Shown in pieces: positions 25,601 through 28,600 of a DNA stretch of 64,000 bases. Source of the stretch: Bacteroidales bacterium. Its GTDB lineage: Bacteria > Bacteroidota > Bacteroidia > Bacteroidales > F082. The stretch's first letter is position 1, and each line of letters opens with the position of its first letter. The notes under the pieces are model-generated. The model ran no database searches. It was not told the origin of the DNA and worked only from the letters and a program-made list of their open reading frames with translations. The stretch spans positions 9,209-73,208 of the forward strand of contig JAKSMU010000010.1 in assembly GCA_024400455.1 (NCBI GenBank), written 5' to 3'. Made by a program: the position numbers and the translations under genes.

Positions 25601-28600
25601 ATATCAATAGTGGTTGCGTCGTAAGGCGTCTCGTAGGCGCCCACATCCACCATGCCTTGTTGGAGACGCGCATTTCCTGCAATATCCGTATCGGGCAGCG
25701 TGACGGTTTCCGGCAAATCGGTGGTACCTCTATTGACCAAAGCGGAACCTTCCAAAATGTTCCAATTGCCACCCGAGTATTCAGGTCCGGCACCAGCCGT
25801 CGGAGCGATGAACATCGGACTTGATGCATTCCCAGTGTTTAAGCCTGAGAGCAACAGGTTGTTCATGCCGCTGCAGCCACCTTCAACAGCGCAGCAGTTC
25901 GCCTCACCGTCCGAATTGTACACATTGAGCGAAGCGCCATTCTGGCGGTTACCCCAAATAACACTGTTGGACGCAATGGCATTATAGTCCAAATACAGAC
26001 CTGCGCCACCATATTCATCGCTATTCGAGGAAACATTGTTCACAATATCGCAGTTGATGGCAATGCTATTATATCCCAAATACAAGCCGCTGCCGCTGCC
26101 ATATTGTCCATCAATACCGTTATTAGCGATGATAGTGTTATATAATATCGCATATTCGGAAGTGTAAACGCCACCGCCATAACTAGCCTCATTACCTTCA
26201 ACAAGGCAATTCCTGACAACACAATGGTTGTCGGATTCGGCATCGATATACATGCCACCGCCCCTTCTTTCAGAGCTTCGGCCCGTAATCGAGTTGTTCT
26301 TGATTTGGCAATCGGTGATCTCAGCAACATCGGCACAAACACCTGCTCCATATCCAGAAGCCGAATAACCCTGAAGCTGGATTTCGTTGTCGTGAACCTT
26401 GCATCGAAGCATCGAAGCACCTTCCGACAAAATCACACCGGCTGCTTGAGCCTCGCCATCAGTGATGATGACATTGCCATAAATCTCGCAGTCTTCTAAG
26501 TTACTATTCACGATACCAGCACCAGCACCAACAGCATAATAACTTGAGCGATTACCTCTGTCGCCCTTAGCGGATTGTCTCATGGCCATGCCCAAGGTTT
26601 CCACTTGGTTCTTCGAACCCAGGAGCTCTCGCGAACCTAAATCGAGAGGCTCGTCGCCCGAACCTTCAGGGTCGATGGCTTCCAAAGTATTGTTCCGGAT
26701 AATACAGTTGCGCAATGTAGTGTTACCTATCAAAAACACACCGCCACACATAGTGTTCTCGCCTTGCTCATAACCATTCTGGATGACGAAACCATCCCAC
26801 GAAGCAGACCTGCTTTCCGAAAATTCTCTCAACTGACATAGTACAGGCTGCAAATGCTGACCATCGAGGATGGTGGCATTGTTGACCAAATCACGCTGGC
26901 TCATATCGTAGCCAAACGGCTCATTGCCCGCAAGGCTGCCATACACATTAACCCCTTCCTGGACATAGAACGCATACTGATTTGGGAGACCGTTTCCATA
27001 ATAGGTTCCGCCTTTCACCCAAACCGTCGCAGGCGTGCGCATCCGTGAAGCATAATACACCGCACTGTCAAGCGTCGGGCAAGCATTCTGCCACGAGGAG
27101 CCGTCCATAGTCCCTGCGCCAGTTGGAGTGACATAAAGGATGTTGTTGGCATCAGGCACAATCTCGTTGGTCGTGAATGAACACACAGGGCTACTAGTCA
27201 CACCCGTCGTGTTACGTTCCTTCACCTGCCAATAATAGGTGGTACGAGCGGCCAAGTCCATCGAGAACGAATTGGACAATTCAGAAGTCCAGTCCACGAT
27301 AACATTCGTGGGTGGATTTGTAGTGCCGCAAAGCACCTGATATTCCTTAGTGAAATCACCGAAAGTCCAGTTGAAAGTATAGTTGCCGCCACCAGCGTAT
27401 GTAATCGCGCCATTGACAGGGTTCATGTTTTCAACAGCGTATGGCAAAGGCCAGTCTTCCTTGTCGAAATTCACTGTGAATTCCTGATTCGATGAAGTAG
27501 CCACGACATAATAAGTGCCTGAGGTGAGTCGCAAAGCCTCGTCGCCATTCGAAGGCAACTCGATATCATCCACACGGAAGACATCATCACCAGAAGATGC
27601 GCTGACATCCTTATAATACACCCATTGAAACGAATGAAGGCCAGCTGAAATTGGGCACTCAAATTTTTGCCATGAAGAATAATTTGTTCCCGACACGCTC
27701 AGCATTTGAACCCCGTCCAAATTGAAATACCCTTCGTCATAGTTCGATTCCGAACTGATAAAATACCAAAAACTGAACGTGCCTTCCATTGCAACATTAA
27801 AGTCAAATGAAGCGACAGAAGAACTGTTATGCTGACCAAAATTCGTGGAATGCATAGAGTACGAACCATCATGTGCCGCCGTGTTGTCAACAACCCAAGG
27901 ATAGTATTCCGTTTTCCAGTCGAAGACATCAAGTGTTCCTTCTTCAAAGCCAGTGGCTGATGGCATGACTGACGGCATGGCATTTTCTGTTTTAGGTCCA
28001 CCAAGACCTTCAAAACCATCGTGATAGAAAGTCAATTTGCCATCGCCATGCGTCTCAATGGAAGATTCAAGGAGCACATCGGTAGAAAGATTCAGTTTAA
28101 AGACTGCATCCACGCCAGTTTGCGGAGCATCCTCGATATTGTAGTTCAAATACAGGTTTGAACTTTCGTCATAACTTTGAGTAAAAGGAAAATTCACAAT
28201 CTCTTGAGCAACTTCCCAAACATCAGGGGTGACAGGTGTATAAGCCGTCGCCGACAGCGGAATCGTGGTTTCGCCATCCTCACCATAATGCAACACCAAA
28301 CCGCCTTCTTCGAGGCCGCTGCCCGAACCCGTATTCACCATAAACGGGCGCGATTCCAAATAATCCAAGGCAAACGGAGTTTCAAGGCCTGTCACAGAGA
28401 AGTAACTGTTGGTCAACTCAATAGAATTAACCGTTGTGGCCTCACCCGAATTGCCAAGCAACACCGTCACAGGTTCCATCCAGCAGCCCGACGGGCGATT
28501 ACCCAAATAAGGTGCCTCAGGCATTGCGACAAGCGATGTATTGGGCTTTGTTTCAAACTCAAACACGCTCCAGTCGCTTTCGTTGCCACCTGCATATACT

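Larger units (their letters stand above)
7055..27160 (-). repeat. 15 tandem, diverged right-handed parallel beta-helix modules (about 357-510 aa each) inside the giant gene
   Basis: Each module opens with PD(E/A)(H/N)NI(I/L)YV(T)..G.G.GSSW..A...L..A......(V/I)WVA.GTY.G....AF.....V.VYGGF.G.E...DLSQRD...N.TILDG...QRVL.Q....WDGF.I.NG. It continues with PbH1-like turns (N..I..N.....GGG(V/I)Y) and (V/I)WGN...YCA(V/I)(E/Q)GG. It closes with DLAGN.R.Q.G.ID.GAYE(S). Approximate module limits on the minus strand, start-end: 27160-25630, 25602-24209, 24187-22841, 22815-21449, 21420-19937, 19910-18524, 18502-17432, 17408-16265, 16110-14985, 14958-13544, 13391-12026, 12000-10820, 10665-9473, 9446-8273, 8247-7055. 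Limits were found from the plus-strand images of IIYVT (gtgacataaatgat-like) and GAYE (ttcgtaagcacc-like). Confidence 0.85.

Noticed and set aside
7055-27160. Whether the regular repeats of about 1.2-1.5 kb could be a CRISPR array, a satellite or an assembly artefact.
   Set aside because: The repeat units are protein-coding modules in one continuous frame and are diverged at the DNA level. There is no short direct-repeat/spacer structure. An assembly artefact cannot be fully excluded without long reads, but imperfect copies argue against collapse.
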